Origin: a bacterium | Lineage (GTDB): Bacteria; UBA8248 | NCBI GenBank assembly: GCA_965213625.1 | Contig: CBDBZU010000004.1 | Coordinates: 1,760,001-1,824,000, forward strand | DNA length: 64,000 nucleotides | Reading direction: 5' to 3' | In this document: piece after piece, positions 19,405 through 29,344 of the stretch | Layout of the letters: each line of letters begins with the position of its first letter | Position numbering within the stretch: the first letter of the stretch is position 1 | Translations under genes and position numbers: made by a program | Notes under the pieces: model-generated | Database searches by the model: none | What the model saw: only the letters and a program-made list of their open reading frames with translations | What the model was told of the DNA's origin: nothing

Positions 19405-20116
19405 CGCACTCTTATTCTGGTCTTTTCAGGGTTCTGAGTTTTCACCCGGGCAATTCTGGCGCGGGATTCCCCAACTGTTTCACTTCTTTGGACGCATGAC
19501 GCCGCCGGATTGGTCGGTCGGGGAAGTTTTGCTTACCTCGGCTGTCGAAACGCTGCAAACCACTATCGCAGGCACTTTTCTAGGCGCTTTGTTCGCCTAT
19601 CCGCTGGGTGTACTGGCGGCTTCGAACTGGACGCCGGTCTGGGTGCACTTGCCTATCAAGGCGTTCATGGCTTTCGTCCGCTCCATCCCCTTGCTGCTCC
19701 TCGCATTGTTGTTCGTCTCCGCTGTGGGACTCGGCCCCTTTCCCGGTGTGTTGGCGCTGGCGGTGCACTCGGTCGGGGTGCTCGGCCGTTTCGTGGCGGA
19801 GGAAATCGAGGCGACCGACCCGAAACCCCTGCTTGCATTGCAGGGTACAGGAGCCTCTCCCCTTCAAATCATTCAGCATGGCCTCATTCCTCAGGTGTTG
19901 CCGCAAATGGTGGCGCATCTGGCAATACGCTTCGAGATGAATCTTCGCGATTCCACGATTCTGGGTCTTGTCGGCGCGGGGGGCTTGGGATTTTACGTGT
20001 TCTTGTACGTGAAGCAGTTTCAGTGGCAAAAATCAGGCGTGCTGGTGCTGGCCATCATCGCCTTGGTCTTCGCGGGAGAATTCGCCGCATGGCAGGTCAG
20101 AAAGCGGTTGATTTAA
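19325..20116 (+). CDS. PhnE-like ABC transporter permease
   Basis: VGLGPFPGVLAL and RFEMNLRDSTILGLVGAGGLG motifs. Confidence 0.88.
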   Translation: MGTEREQAEALSPGRMAGKVSLFLVVSALLFWSFQGSEFSPGQFWRGIPQLFHFFGRMTPPDWSVGEVLLTSAVETLQTTIAGTFLGALFAYPLGVLAASNWTPVWVHLPIKAFMAFVRSIPLLLLALLFVSAVGLGPFPGVLALAVHSVGVLGRFVAEEIEATDPKPLLALQGTGASPLQIIQHGLIPQVLPQMVAHLAIRFEMNLRDSTILGLVGAGGLGFYVFLYVKQFQWQKSGVLVLAIIALVFAGEFAAWQVRKRLI

Positions 20117-20203
20117 CCGGGATGCTCAATGAAGTCGAATGCAGAAAGACATCACCCTGCCTGCTGGGAGCTTTTCTGGAGGCAGAGGTAGGAGGAAACG
20201 CGC

Positions 20204-21880
20204 ATGGACACGCTAATTCACCTTCTCAAGGAAGCAACCGCGAAATTTCCTGACACGATTGCCCTGGAGGGTGACGTGGAAGGACGCGGCCGAGTGACAC
20301 TCACGAGAAAGGAGTTGTGCGGAAAATCGGTCGCTCTGGCGTGCGAGTTGATGGATGCGGGTGTAAAGCCGGGCGATTTCGTCGCACTTCTGGCGCCGAA
20401 TCAACCCGAATGGGGTTTGGGATATTTCGGGGCGTTGCTTGCCGGCGGTGTTTTGGTGCCTTTGGATGTGAATCTCAAAGAAGGTGAGATTGCGAACATC
20501 CTGGAGAAGGCAAGACCCGTTTGCCTGATGACGGACGCTCGGGAAGGGGAACGCGCGACGAAGCTTGCGGGCGAACTTGCATCTGCCTGTTCGGTGTTGC
20601 GCATCGATGATGAGAGAGAGCCTGACCACGCCGCTTCACTGGATTCGTTGCCGGGTGCTGAGCGCGGCCCGGACGATCTGGCGCTGGTTTCGTTCTCATC
20701 GGGAACGACGGGAACACCTAAGGGCGTAATGCTTTCCCACGGAAACATCACCTCCAATGTGCGCGCCGTACTCGAGCCTTTCTTCGCCGGGGAGGATGAC
20801 GTTTTTCTCTCGGTTTTGCCGCTTCATCACATGTTCGAGAGCACGGGCGGTTTTCTGATTCCACTGGCGGCCGGCGCCCGTGTGCATTACCTATCTTCTC
20901 TGAATCCTCGCCTCCTCGTCGAGGCCATGCAGAACGAAGGCATCACCATCTGCTTGATGGTGCCAGCGCTTGCACGGCTCATCCACAAGCGGATCATGTC
21001 GAACGTGGAATCACTGAGCGGTGCGAAGAAAATCATCTTCAAGATGCTTTTCGGGATTTCCGGCATTTGTCTCTCCATGGGCTTTCGCGTCGGGCATGTA
21101 CTATTTTCCCAGGTGAAGAAGAATCTCGGTCCGAATCTGCGCTATTTCGCGAGCGGAGGGGCTGCGCTCGACCCTAAAATTGCTCGCGATTTGCTCGTTT
21201 TGGGGATCGAGGTAATCCAGGGATATGGATTGACGGAAACCTCCCCGGTCGCCCATGTGACACCGCCGGGAGCGCCGAACAGAATCGGAACCGTCGGCCC
21301 GCCGATTCCGGGGGTGGAAGCGAGGCTCGTGCCTGTAGAGGGAGCGGATGAGGGAGAAGGCGAGATACTCATACGCGGGCCGAACGTGATGCAGGGCTAT
21401 TTTGAGAATCCCGATCTCACGGCGGAAGTCTTGCGGGATGGATGGTTTCATACAGGGGACATCGGTCGCATCGACTCAGATGGCTACCTTACGATCTGCG
21501 GCCGGTCCAAGAACGTCATCGTCTCCGAGGCGGGGAAAAACATTTATCCCGAAGAGGTGGAGGAGCAGCTCCTCGAGAGCGCATGGTTCCAGGATGTTTG
21601 CGTCATCGGCAGAAAAACGCCTCGCGGCGGCGAGGATGTGTTCGCCGTCGTGGTGCTCGACCCCGAAACCGATTTGCCGCAAGAGGACGAGAAGCGAGCC
21701 GCCCTGGCCGATTCCGAACTCAAGCGACTGAGCGCGCATCTTGCGGATTACAAGAGGGTGGCCGGTTTTTTCGTCTGGCCAGAGGAGGAATTGCCTAGGA
21801 CCACCACGCGCAAACACAAGCGAGAGGACATCAAGGCGATTTTACGGGAGCGGCCCGAATTCTCACTGGATGATTTTTGA
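20204..21880 (+). CDS. Long-chain acyl-CoA synthetase (AMP-binding)
   Basis: SSGTTGTPKG, GYGLTET and FHTGDIG motifs. Confidence 0.9.
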   Translation: MDTLIHLLKEATAKFPDTIALEGDVEGRGRVTLTRKELCGKSVALACELMDAGVKPGDFVALLAPNQPEWGLGYFGALLAGGVLVPLDVNLKEGEIANILEKARPVCLMTDAREGERATKLAGELASACSVLRIDDEREPDHAASLDSLPGAERGPDDLALVSFSSGTTGTPKGVMLSHGNITSNVRAVLEPFFAGEDDVFLSVLPLHHMFESTGGFLIPLAAGARVHYLSSLNPRLLVEAMQNEGITICLMVPALARLIHKRIMSNVESLSGAKKIIFKMLFGISGICLSMGFRVGHVLFSQVKKNLGPNLRYFASGGAALDPKIARDLLVLGIEVIQGYGLTETSPVAHVTPPGAPNRIGTVGPPIPGVEARLVPVEGADEGEGEILIRGPNVMQGYFENPDLTAEVLRDGWFHTGDIGRIDSDGYLTICGRSKNVIVSEAGKNIYPEEVEEQLLESAWFQDVCVIGRKTPRGGEDVFAVVVLDPETDLPQEDEKRAALADSELKRLSAHLADYKRVAGFFVWPEEELPRTTTRKHKREDIKAILRERPEFSLDDF

Positions 21881-22057
21881 TTATTGGGGATGGGATGGCA
21901 TATCGACTCAGTGAGAAGCCGTGAACCGAACAACCGAATGGTTTATCTCCATTGTTTGTGATATCTAGCCTTCATTGAAGAATTTCAATAAAAGGTTTCC
22001 GTACTCATTCGATGCGGGTTCTGCGTCCTGACAGGGCATAATTGGTGAAGCGAATTT

Positions 22058-23278
22058 ATGAGGTCTGACAATATGTCTGAATCGATACGGAATGCCTCCC
22101 TGGCGTTGCTACCATGGCTTTCGGAAACCAGGCGCACTATTCATATGAATCCCGAGCTCGGCTACGAGGAGCATGAAACTTCTCGGCTCATCGTGGATAA
22201 TCTTAAGAGTTTCGGCCTCGATGTGCACACTGGTATCGCGGAAACAGGGGTGGTCGGCCTGCTCGAAACGGGGCGCCCCGGCCCCACCATCGGTATACGC
22301 GCCGACATGGATGCGCTCTCCATCGACGAGTCCAACGACGTGCCCTACAAGAGCCGCCAGCCGGGGAAGATGCACGCCTGTGGGCATGACGCCCATGTGA
22401 GCATGCTGCTGGGCGCGGCGCGCCTGCTTTCCGAGAACAAAAACTGGCTCGATGGCCTGGGTGGCAACGTCAAATTCATCTTTCAACCGGCGGAGGAGGG
22501 CAAGGCCGGTGGAAAGAGGATGGTTGATGAAGGTGTTTTAGAGGAGCCCCGGGTCGATCTCCTCATCGCCGCACATGTGTGGCCCGACATGCCGGCGGGC
22601 CGCATCGGCACGCGTTCGGGTCCTTCGCTGGCGGCGGGGGACAGACTCCAGATTTACGTGAGAGGCGAAAGTTCGCACGCGGCGTATCCTCATAAATCCA
22701 AAGATGCCCTGCTTGCCGCCTGCCATCTGGTGACTGCGCTTCAAAGCGTCGTGAGCAGAAACGTCGGCCCTCTCGAGTCCGCCGTTCTCTCCATAACGAC
22801 GTTCGAGTCCGGCGTTGCTTTCAACATCGTGCCGCGCGATGCGAGGATAAAAGGCACTATCCGTACGCACGATCCGAAGGTTAGAACGAAGGTGGCCGAA
22901 CGCGTGCGAGCCGTGGCGCGCGGGGTGGCCGAAGCCTTCGACGTAGAGATCGACCTGGAAATCACTCCGGGATATCCCGTTCTGGTGAACCACGAGTCGG
23001 CCGCCGCTCTCGTCGAAAATGCGGGGGTACAGATTCTTGGCGAAGAGAACGTAAAGGAGATGCCGCTTTCGATGGGAGCCGAGGATTTCTCCTACATGGC
23101 GGAGAAGCGTCCCGGCGCCTTGTTCCGAGTGGGCATATCGAACCAAGAAAAAGGGTTCGTGCACGGGCTCCATTCCGATCTGTTCGACCTGGATGAGGAC
23201 GCGCTGCCGGTCGGCGTAAGCGTCTTCGCTCAGGCGGTGGTCGAGTTCCTGGGAAATTCCGAACAATACCTCGCCTGA
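22058..23278 (+). CDS. M20D family amidohydrolase
   Basis: RADMDAL, MHACGHD, FQPAEEG and AEDF motifs. Confidence 0.93.
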   Translation: MRSDNMSESIRNASLALLPWLSETRRTIHMNPELGYEEHETSRLIVDNLKSFGLDVHTGIAETGVVGLLETGRPGPTIGIRADMDALSIDESNDVPYKSRQPGKMHACGHDAHVSMLLGAARLLSENKNWLDGLGGNVKFIFQPAEEGKAGGKRMVDEGVLEEPRVDLLIAAHVWPDMPAGRIGTRSGPSLAAGDRLQIYVRGESSHAAYPHKSKDALLAACHLVTALQSVVSRNVGPLESAVLSITTFESGVAFNIVPRDARIKGTIRTHDPKVRTKVAERVRAVARGVAEAFDVEIDLEITPGYPVLVNHESAAALVENAGVQILGEENVKEMPLSMGAEDFSYMAEKRPGALFRVGISNQEKGFVHGLHSDLFDLDEDALPVGVSVFAQAVVEFLGNSEQYLA

Positions 23279-23344
23279 TTTATCCGGGCTCCTCCGGGGG
23301 AAAATATCTTTGAGGCCGTCGACTATCGCGCGGAGAATCCCGCC

Positions 23345-24214
23345 TTGCTGATCGAGCCGTTTGTTTTGCTCGCTCTTAGCGCGGCGCTCTCCTTTACTTG
23401 TGCGGATTTCTTCGCGCGCAAGGGCTTGCAGTACGCCAATCATTTCGTGGGCGCCACCATCACGCTGGTGGGAGAGGTGCTCTTCTTCATTCCGTTGGTT
23501 TTTATCTTAGTGCCCCCGTTCCCGGAAATGGGTGCGCATTATCTATGGGTGATTATTGGAGGCCTGTGTAACCCAGGTCTTTTCCTTATCTTTTTCCTTA
23601 TCGGCATCCACCGGATCGGCGTGGCGCGCGCGGCACCGATAAAGGGGATGTCTCCTATATTCGCTGCTCTTTTCGCGCTAATTTTTTTGGGCGAGGACCC
23701 GGCCTGGTATCATTTGATGGGCATTGTGTTCGTGGTTGGCGGCATCGTGTTGCTCGTATCGGGAAAAACACAAGGGCGATGGAGCCGCTGGGATGCACGA
23801 TGGCCACTGATTGCGGCGGTGATATCGGGGTTTGGAGCCATGTCCTGGAGAAAAGGGCTGGTCGCTTTCCCGAGCGCACTTACCGCCGCAATGATAGGTG
23901 CCACAGCCGCTCTCGTCGTGGTTGGCATATACACCTGTTACGCCTTGCGAGAAGAGAGCGCAGGCGACGTGAAGCGAGCGTTTTGGCCGTACCTTTTGGG
24001 TGGGATAGCGGCGGGGATGGGAATTTTACTCTTCACCTCCGCATTGCAGTTGAGCCAGGTTTTCAGGGTGGTTCCGCTCGTTCAGATCAGCCCTTTGTTC
24101 ACCGTGCTATTCAGTGTGATCTTTCTCAGGAGAGCCGAACACATCACATGGCGCGTACCCGCGGGAGCGACGCTCACCGTGAGCGGGGTGATACTCGTCG
24201 TCTTGCGTGCTTGA
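23345..24214 (+). CDS. EamA/DMT family transporter
   Basis: About 10 TM helices with two EamA repeats. Confidence 0.8.
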   Translation: MLIEPFVLLALSAALSFTCADFFARKGLQYANHFVGATITLVGEVLFFIPLVFILVPPFPEMGAHYLWVIIGGLCNPGLFLIFFLIGIHRIGVARAAPIKGMSPIFAALFALIFLGEDPAWYHLMGIVFVVGGIVLLVSGKTQGRWSRWDARWPLIAAVISGFGAMSWRKGLVAFPSALTAAMIGATAALVVVGIYTCYALREESAGDVKRAFWPYLLGGIAAGMGILLFTSALQLSQVFRVVPLVQISPLFTVLFSVIFLRRAEHITWRVPAGATLTVSGVILVVLRA

Positions 24215-24311
24215 AACAATGAAACAGGATGGACTTCCGGCGCGAAAACCAGTATAAATCCACCCCTTGATGGTCTGGGGTTTCCCACCCCGGCGATCAT
24301 GGAATTTACTT

Positions 24312-24389
24312 GTCCCCATCGTCTAGCCTGGCCCAGGACACCGGCCTTTCACGCCGGCAACAGGGGTTCGAATCCCCTTGGGGACGCCA
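24312..24389 (+). tRNA. tRNA-Glu (UUC)
   Basis: GTCCCCA/TGGGGAC acceptor stem; CCGGC-CTTTCAC-GCCGG anticodon arm; GGTTCGAATCC; CCA end. Confidence 0.96.
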
Positions 24390-24513
24390 ATTTTGAATCT
24401 AGAGATCTCTTACCCGTCAAGTCGAGCGGCGCGAGGGTGTAACAACGCGCGCCTTGGGGGGACGGCCATCAGCGCCGTTACTCCGTTCACGCCACATACG
24501 TATGCCATGAGGC

Positions 24514-26421
24514 GTGGGAAAATGTGCCCGACGCATGAAACAACTCATTTTAACCAGTATCGATTCCGTACCGGATGAGCGAAAGGCCGAGCATCTCGGA
24601 CCATGGTCACTCCCCGAGTCTGAGTTTTTCGGGTGGGAGTGGAGTAAATTCGGAATCGAACTCCCGCTTCGAAGCGAGGAAGTCCACTTCGTCTCCAGAA
24701 GGTTGGAGAAGGTTTGTGAATTTTACATTTTTCGATTGTCCTTGAGGCAAAACGAATACCACGGGCGTTCTTTTTTGAATCGCTACTGGCGCATTTTGTT
24801 GATGCCGTGGCTCGTCAATCTGGTCATGTGCGCATTCGAGCGCTTTTTGCGGATAAGAGATCGAGTGATGAGCGGTGTTCCGTATATGGTGTATCTCGCA
24901 CCGCGCGATGAGACTTTCTCACCTATCACGACGCCTCATTTCAATCAGATGATGATCGATGATCCGCTGAACCGGCTGATCTTCAGCAGGTTCATCTGTG
25001 CATTTCAGCCCCGAGGCTGGATAATGCGAGAGGGTGCTCCGGCCCCGGAAGATTTGTATTTTTCCTCGAACCTCTCCTTTAGCGCGTCTGAAACGGAAAA
25101 TTACGCCGTATTCAAAAAAGTGCAAAGAAAAATGGAGGTGTATCGCTGGGCGAGTATCCTGTCCTCAAACTTAGGCTTCGTGCAGTTTCATAAAGTGCAC
25201 GGCTTGAGTCCGATGGATGCCGCCTACATATCCTTGCGCATGCTGTTACGAAATAGAAAGTGCTGGCGGGAGGCTGCTGGATCGTTTCAGAAGTCGCATG
25301 AGGTGGAAAATGTGCGCCTCACCAAGCAAGACGTGATTCGGGAACTTCAATCGATTCAACAAATAACCACCAAGGAAGCCGGGATTTTCTTGAACGTTAT
25401 GGATGAACTCGTTTCTGAGACGATTCCGAAGATATTCACCGAGCACTATCTGGAAAATGAGAAAAAAGCTCACTTTAAGGTGAAGGCGACGGCTCCCTGG
25501 ACGGACACCATCACCTATGGCCATCTGGGTAATGACGATCAATCGAACTTTTACGTGGCGGCACTTCTTGAAAAACGTCCCGTAAGGCTGGTCATCAATC
25601 AACACGGAGGAAACTACGGGGTCATAGAATCGGCCCCCTGGCATCATCTCACGGAGTATAAGACGGCCGATCGGTTCATATCGTGGGGATGGAAGCGCCA
25701 ATCCGATTATCGGGTAAACGCTGTCCCGGCGGCTTCTCCTTTTCTTTCAAAGATGAGGCGGAGCAAGAAGCGAGGTACAGCCATCATTCTGGTCAGCTCC
25801 GAACTCACTGCCCATCTGAAATGGCTGGCAACGGACTGCCTTCCTGAAGACATACCGCACTATATGCGAGAGAAGGCGAGTTTTATCGAACACCTAGAAG
25901 ACGCGCCCCGGGCCGCTTTGTTGTACAGGCCGTATATGCGCAGGAGAAACAACCGCTATGATCAGGCCTATATCGAAACACGATATCCCGACGTAAAAAT
26001 ACTTCACGGGAAACTGTCGCGATACATGCCGAGCAGGCTCTCTCCCTCGTTGGCAGGATGCGGTGTTTGCGTTCTCGATCGTCCGGGGACCGCAGCAGCA
26101 TTCACCATATCGGCGGGCATTCCGACTCTATTCTTTGGTCATCAAAATGCCTGGCGGGTATCGCTTCATGCGAAGCCTCATATCAAAAAACTCTCAAGCG
26201 TGGGTGTTCATCATTCATCCGGCGAAGGTGCAGCAAAATACCTGAACGCCATCTGGCCCGATGTCGGTTCGTGGTGGGAGGAAAAACACACACAGAAAGC
26301 CGTCGCCGAGTTTACTCATTACTATTTCAGGAGCAGCAAGAACTGGCGCTCTGAGTGGGTGGACATCTTCTCATCCCCCGATTCCATGTTATGGCGAACC
26401 GATGAGGCAAAGACATACTAA
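24514..26421 (+). CDS. Putative surface-glycan transferase (LIC12162-like)
   Basis: YWRILLMPWL, NQHGGNYG and DRFISWGW motifs; context in a nonulosonate locus; start may be 24535. Confidence 0.65.
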   Translation: MGKCARRMKQLILTSIDSVPDERKAEHLGPWSLPESEFFGWEWSKFGIELPLRSEEVHFVSRRLEKVCEFYIFRLSLRQNEYHGRSFLNRYWRILLMPWLVNLVMCAFERFLRIRDRVMSGVPYMVYLAPRDETFSPITTPHFNQMMIDDPLNRLIFSRFICAFQPRGWIMREGAPAPEDLYFSSNLSFSASETENYAVFKKVQRKMEVYRWASILSSNLGFVQFHKVHGLSPMDAAYISLRMLLRNRKCWREAAGSFQKSHEVENVRLTKQDVIRELQSIQQITTKEAGIFLNVMDELVSETIPKIFTEHYLENEKKAHFKVKATAPWTDTITYGHLGNDDQSNFYVAALLEKRPVRLVINQHGGNYGVIESAPWHHLTEYKTADRFISWGWKRQSDYRVNAVPAASPFLSKMRRSKKRGTAIILVSSELTAHLKWLATDCLPEDIPHYMREKASFIEHLEDAPRAALLYRPYMRRRNNRYDQAYIETRYPDVKILHGKLSRYMPSRLSPSLAGCGVCVLDRPGTAAAFTISAGIPTLFFGHQNAWRVSLHAKPHIKKLSSVGVHHSSGEGAAKYLNAIWPDVGSWWEEKHTQKAVAEFTHYYFRSSKNWRSEWVDIFSSPDSMLWRTDEAKTY

Positions 26422-27716
26422 TGGCCAAAATATCGTTGACGGGAGATAAATTTGCCGACTTCTCAGTCGAAGATGGGCGGCTAGCTGGCGTCTATGGTCC
26501 CTCCTTGTCTCAAGACGTAGGTTTTTATGAAGAAGCTCTCAGAGAACGTATTCGAAACCCAATCGGCACGCCCCTTCTCAGGGAGATCTCCAAAGGTGCG
26601 GAGAAGGTATTAATTGTCACCGACGATAATACACGCCATACCCCTTTGCATCGGGTGCTTCCCCTCATTCTGGAGGAACTCGGCGAGGCGGGGGTCTCCG
26701 ATTCTTCGATCCGAATCCTGATCGGTTTGGGTACACACCGCGCCATGACGGATGAGGAAATACGACGCAAGTTCGGTGATGAGCTGATTGCGCGATTCGA
26801 GATTTTCAACCATGAATGGAAAAACCTCGCAAAACTGGTTTCCTTGGGAAAAAGTGAGTTGGGGTTCGAAGTACTGATGAACAGAGAAATCCAGGGGGCG
26901 GATCTCCTCATTTCCGTCGGCAGCATCATCCCCCATGCGACGGCGGGGTTTTCCGGCAGGCCGAAGAGCGTGATGCCAGGTATTTGCGGCGAGGCCACAA
27001 TAGAAGCAACTCATTGGGCCGCTCTGGATTATGAGATGAGAGAAATTCTCGGCATCTTCGACAACAAGGTGAGGGAAGCGTTCGTTCGCATCGCCCGCCG
27101 AGCCGGGCTGCGCTTTATCGTCAATACGATCATGATGGATGAGGAAAGAATCTACGACGCTGTTGCCGGAGATGTGGAATCGGCTCACGAGGCAGGCTGC
27201 AGGAGATGCCTGGAGCTATATGGCGTGCCGGTCGCTTCGAAGGCGGACGTCGTCGTTGCGGAAGCCTACCCCTCCGACATTGATTTGCGACAAGCCATCA
27301 AGGCCGTGTGCGCGGCGGACGTCGTCTGTCGGGACGGCGGGGTGATCATCTGAGCCGCGGATTGCCGGGAGGGCATCTCTCCACAATTCTCCGATTTTGC
27401 GCATTATGGATTCAAAGACCCCGACGCGCTTTACCGAATGGTCGAGGCGGGTGAATTTCGCGAAAAACTCCTCGCCTACACGCTGGTCGCCATCGGCAGA
27501 ATCATCTCAAGGCGCGTGAAGGGGGTGTTGGTATCTCGTCATATCGGTTGTGAAGAGGCGGAGCGAATGGGCTTCGGCTGGTCCGGGTCGATTGGGGCGG
27601 CGGTCGATCAAGCCTTGCAGACAAAAGGACCGGATTCGAAAGTCATCGTCCTTCGGCAGGCGGGACAAATCGTGCCCGTAATTCCAAGCAAGAATACGAG
27701 AGGAGAGAGGATGTGA
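26421..27716 (+). CDS. larA: LarA-family nickel-pincer racemase/epimerase with an in-frame UGA at 27351-27353 (Sec or nonsense)
   Basis: DDNTR.TP, GLGTHR and PHATAGFSGRPKSVMPG motifs; the frame continues past UGA as AADCREG into ORF 27438..27716. Confidence 0.8.
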
Positions 27717-29305
27717 TCGTCGCCGTCATACCGGCCAAGCGGCATTCGGATCGCCTGGCGGACAAAAATTTATTGGAAATCGACGGATTGCCATTGGTGA
27801 CGCACGCGATTCGGTATGTACGAAGGTTCAAGAGTGTGGACAAGATCATCGTATCCACCGATTCGGAGGAGATCACCAAAATCGCCGGACGAGACGGCGC
27901 GATGGTTCATTTGCGTGGGCCAGAGTTGAGCGGGGAAACGTCCCTGCTCGAAATCTACCGGGACGTCGCAGAGAAATTGGGTCGTGAGAAAATATCTTTC
28001 CTGGTCGGAGTTCAGCCCGATCATCCAAACAGAAAGAGCGACCTGGACGTCCTCATTAGACACGTCAAAGACAACCGGATTGACGATTTGTGTACGGTGG
28101 ATCGACACGCCAAACGGAACGGAGCGCTCAGGATCATGAGTATGAAAGCCTTAAAGGCAGGCCTGACTCTTCACACTTCCATCGTTCAGGATGATTGCAT
28201 CAACATTCACTCCGCATTCGACTTCGCCATGGCGGTGCATGAGATGAGTCCATTTTCAAGAGAAATCACCGTCGGCGGAAAGATGATTGGAGCGGAACAT
28301 CCCACCTTCGTGATTGCCGAAGCCGGCTGCAACCACATGTGTGACTTGGGCACGGCCAAGGAGATGATCGACATCGCTGTCGAAGCCGGGGCGGATGCAA
28401 TTAAGTTCCAGACCTACAAGGCGGAGCGCCTGTCGCGCAAAGGGGCGATGACCTACTGGCATGGGACACAGATTCCGCAAATCGAGTATTACCGCAAGCT
28501 GGATCGCTTCGGTGCGGCTGAGTATGAAGCGCTTTTCGCTCATGGCCGTGAGAAGGGTATCATCACGTTCTCCACGCCGTTCGACATCGAAAGCGCCGAG
28601 ATGCTGAATGATTTGGGCGTGCCGCTCTTCAAAATCGCCTCCTGTGATCTTCCCGACAGCCGGTTGCTCAGGCGTGTGGCTGAATTCGGCAAGCCTGTCA
28701 TTCTATCAACCGGTGGTTCGACGGCAGAGGAAATCGACCGGGCTATCGACACTATTTTCGCTACAGGCAACTACCAACTCATCCTCATGGCCTGCATGTT
28801 GAGTTATCCAGCAGCGAACGAAGACGCGAACCTTCTGCGCATCCATTCATTAAAGGAAAGATATCCCGGCGTCATCATAGGTTTATCCGACCATACGGAA
28901 CCGGATGCGCACATGGTCATACCTGCACTGGGGTTGGCTCTGGGCGCGAATGCTATTGAAAAACACTACACCCTGGATCGTAGTCTGAGTGATTCGGGGC
29001 ATTTCTTTTCGATGAACCCGATAGATTTGAAGAAAATGGTGCAAAATGTCCGTCTTGCGGAGCGCATATTGGGTGACGGCGTGCTCGGAGTTGCCGAGGC
29101 GGAAATCTCCGCACGAAACAGCGCGCGGCGCAGCATCGTAGCCGAGCGTAATATAGAGCGTGGAGAGATTATCGAATCCTCAATGCTGGGCATGAAGCGG
29201 CCCGCCGAGGGGCTTCCCGGCTGGATGATGGATGAGTTGATCGGCAAACGGGCGAAGCTGGATATCCGGGCGGACCTGGCCCTCACGATGGATATGGTGG
29301 AGTGA
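27713..29305 (+). CDS. Fused acylneuraminate cytidylyltransferase (NeuA-like) + nonulosonate synthase (NeuB) with SAF domain
   Basis: IPAKRHSDRLADKN; IAEAGCNH, AIKFQT, GLSDHT, IEKHYTLD; C-terminal RRSIVA..KRP. Confidence 0.9.
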   Translation: MIVAVIPAKRHSDRLADKNLLEIDGLPLVTHAIRYVRRFKSVDKIIVSTDSEEITKIAGRDGAMVHLRGPELSGETSLLEIYRDVAEKLGREKISFLVGVQPDHPNRKSDLDVLIRHVKDNRIDDLCTVDRHAKRNGALRIMSMKALKAGLTLHTSIVQDDCINIHSAFDFAMAVHEMSPFSREITVGGKMIGAEHPTFVIAEAGCNHMCDLGTAKEMIDIAVEAGADAIKFQTYKAERLSRKGAMTYWHGTQIPQIEYYRKLDRFGAAEYEALFAHGREKGIITFSTPFDIESAEMLNDLGVPLFKIASCDLPDSRLLRRVAEFGKPVILSTGGSTAEEIDRAIDTIFATGNYQLILMACMLSYPAANEDANLLRIHSLKERYPGVIIGLSDHTEPDAHMVIPALGLALGANAIEKHYTLDRSLSDSGHFFSMNPIDLKKMVQNVRLAERILGDGVLGVAEAEISARNSARRSIVAERNIERGEIIESSMLGMKRPAEGLPGWMMDELIGKRAKLDIRADLALTMDMVE

Positions 29306-29344
29306 TTTTGATGATGAGATGCGCTTTACACGGATCGTCTGGCG

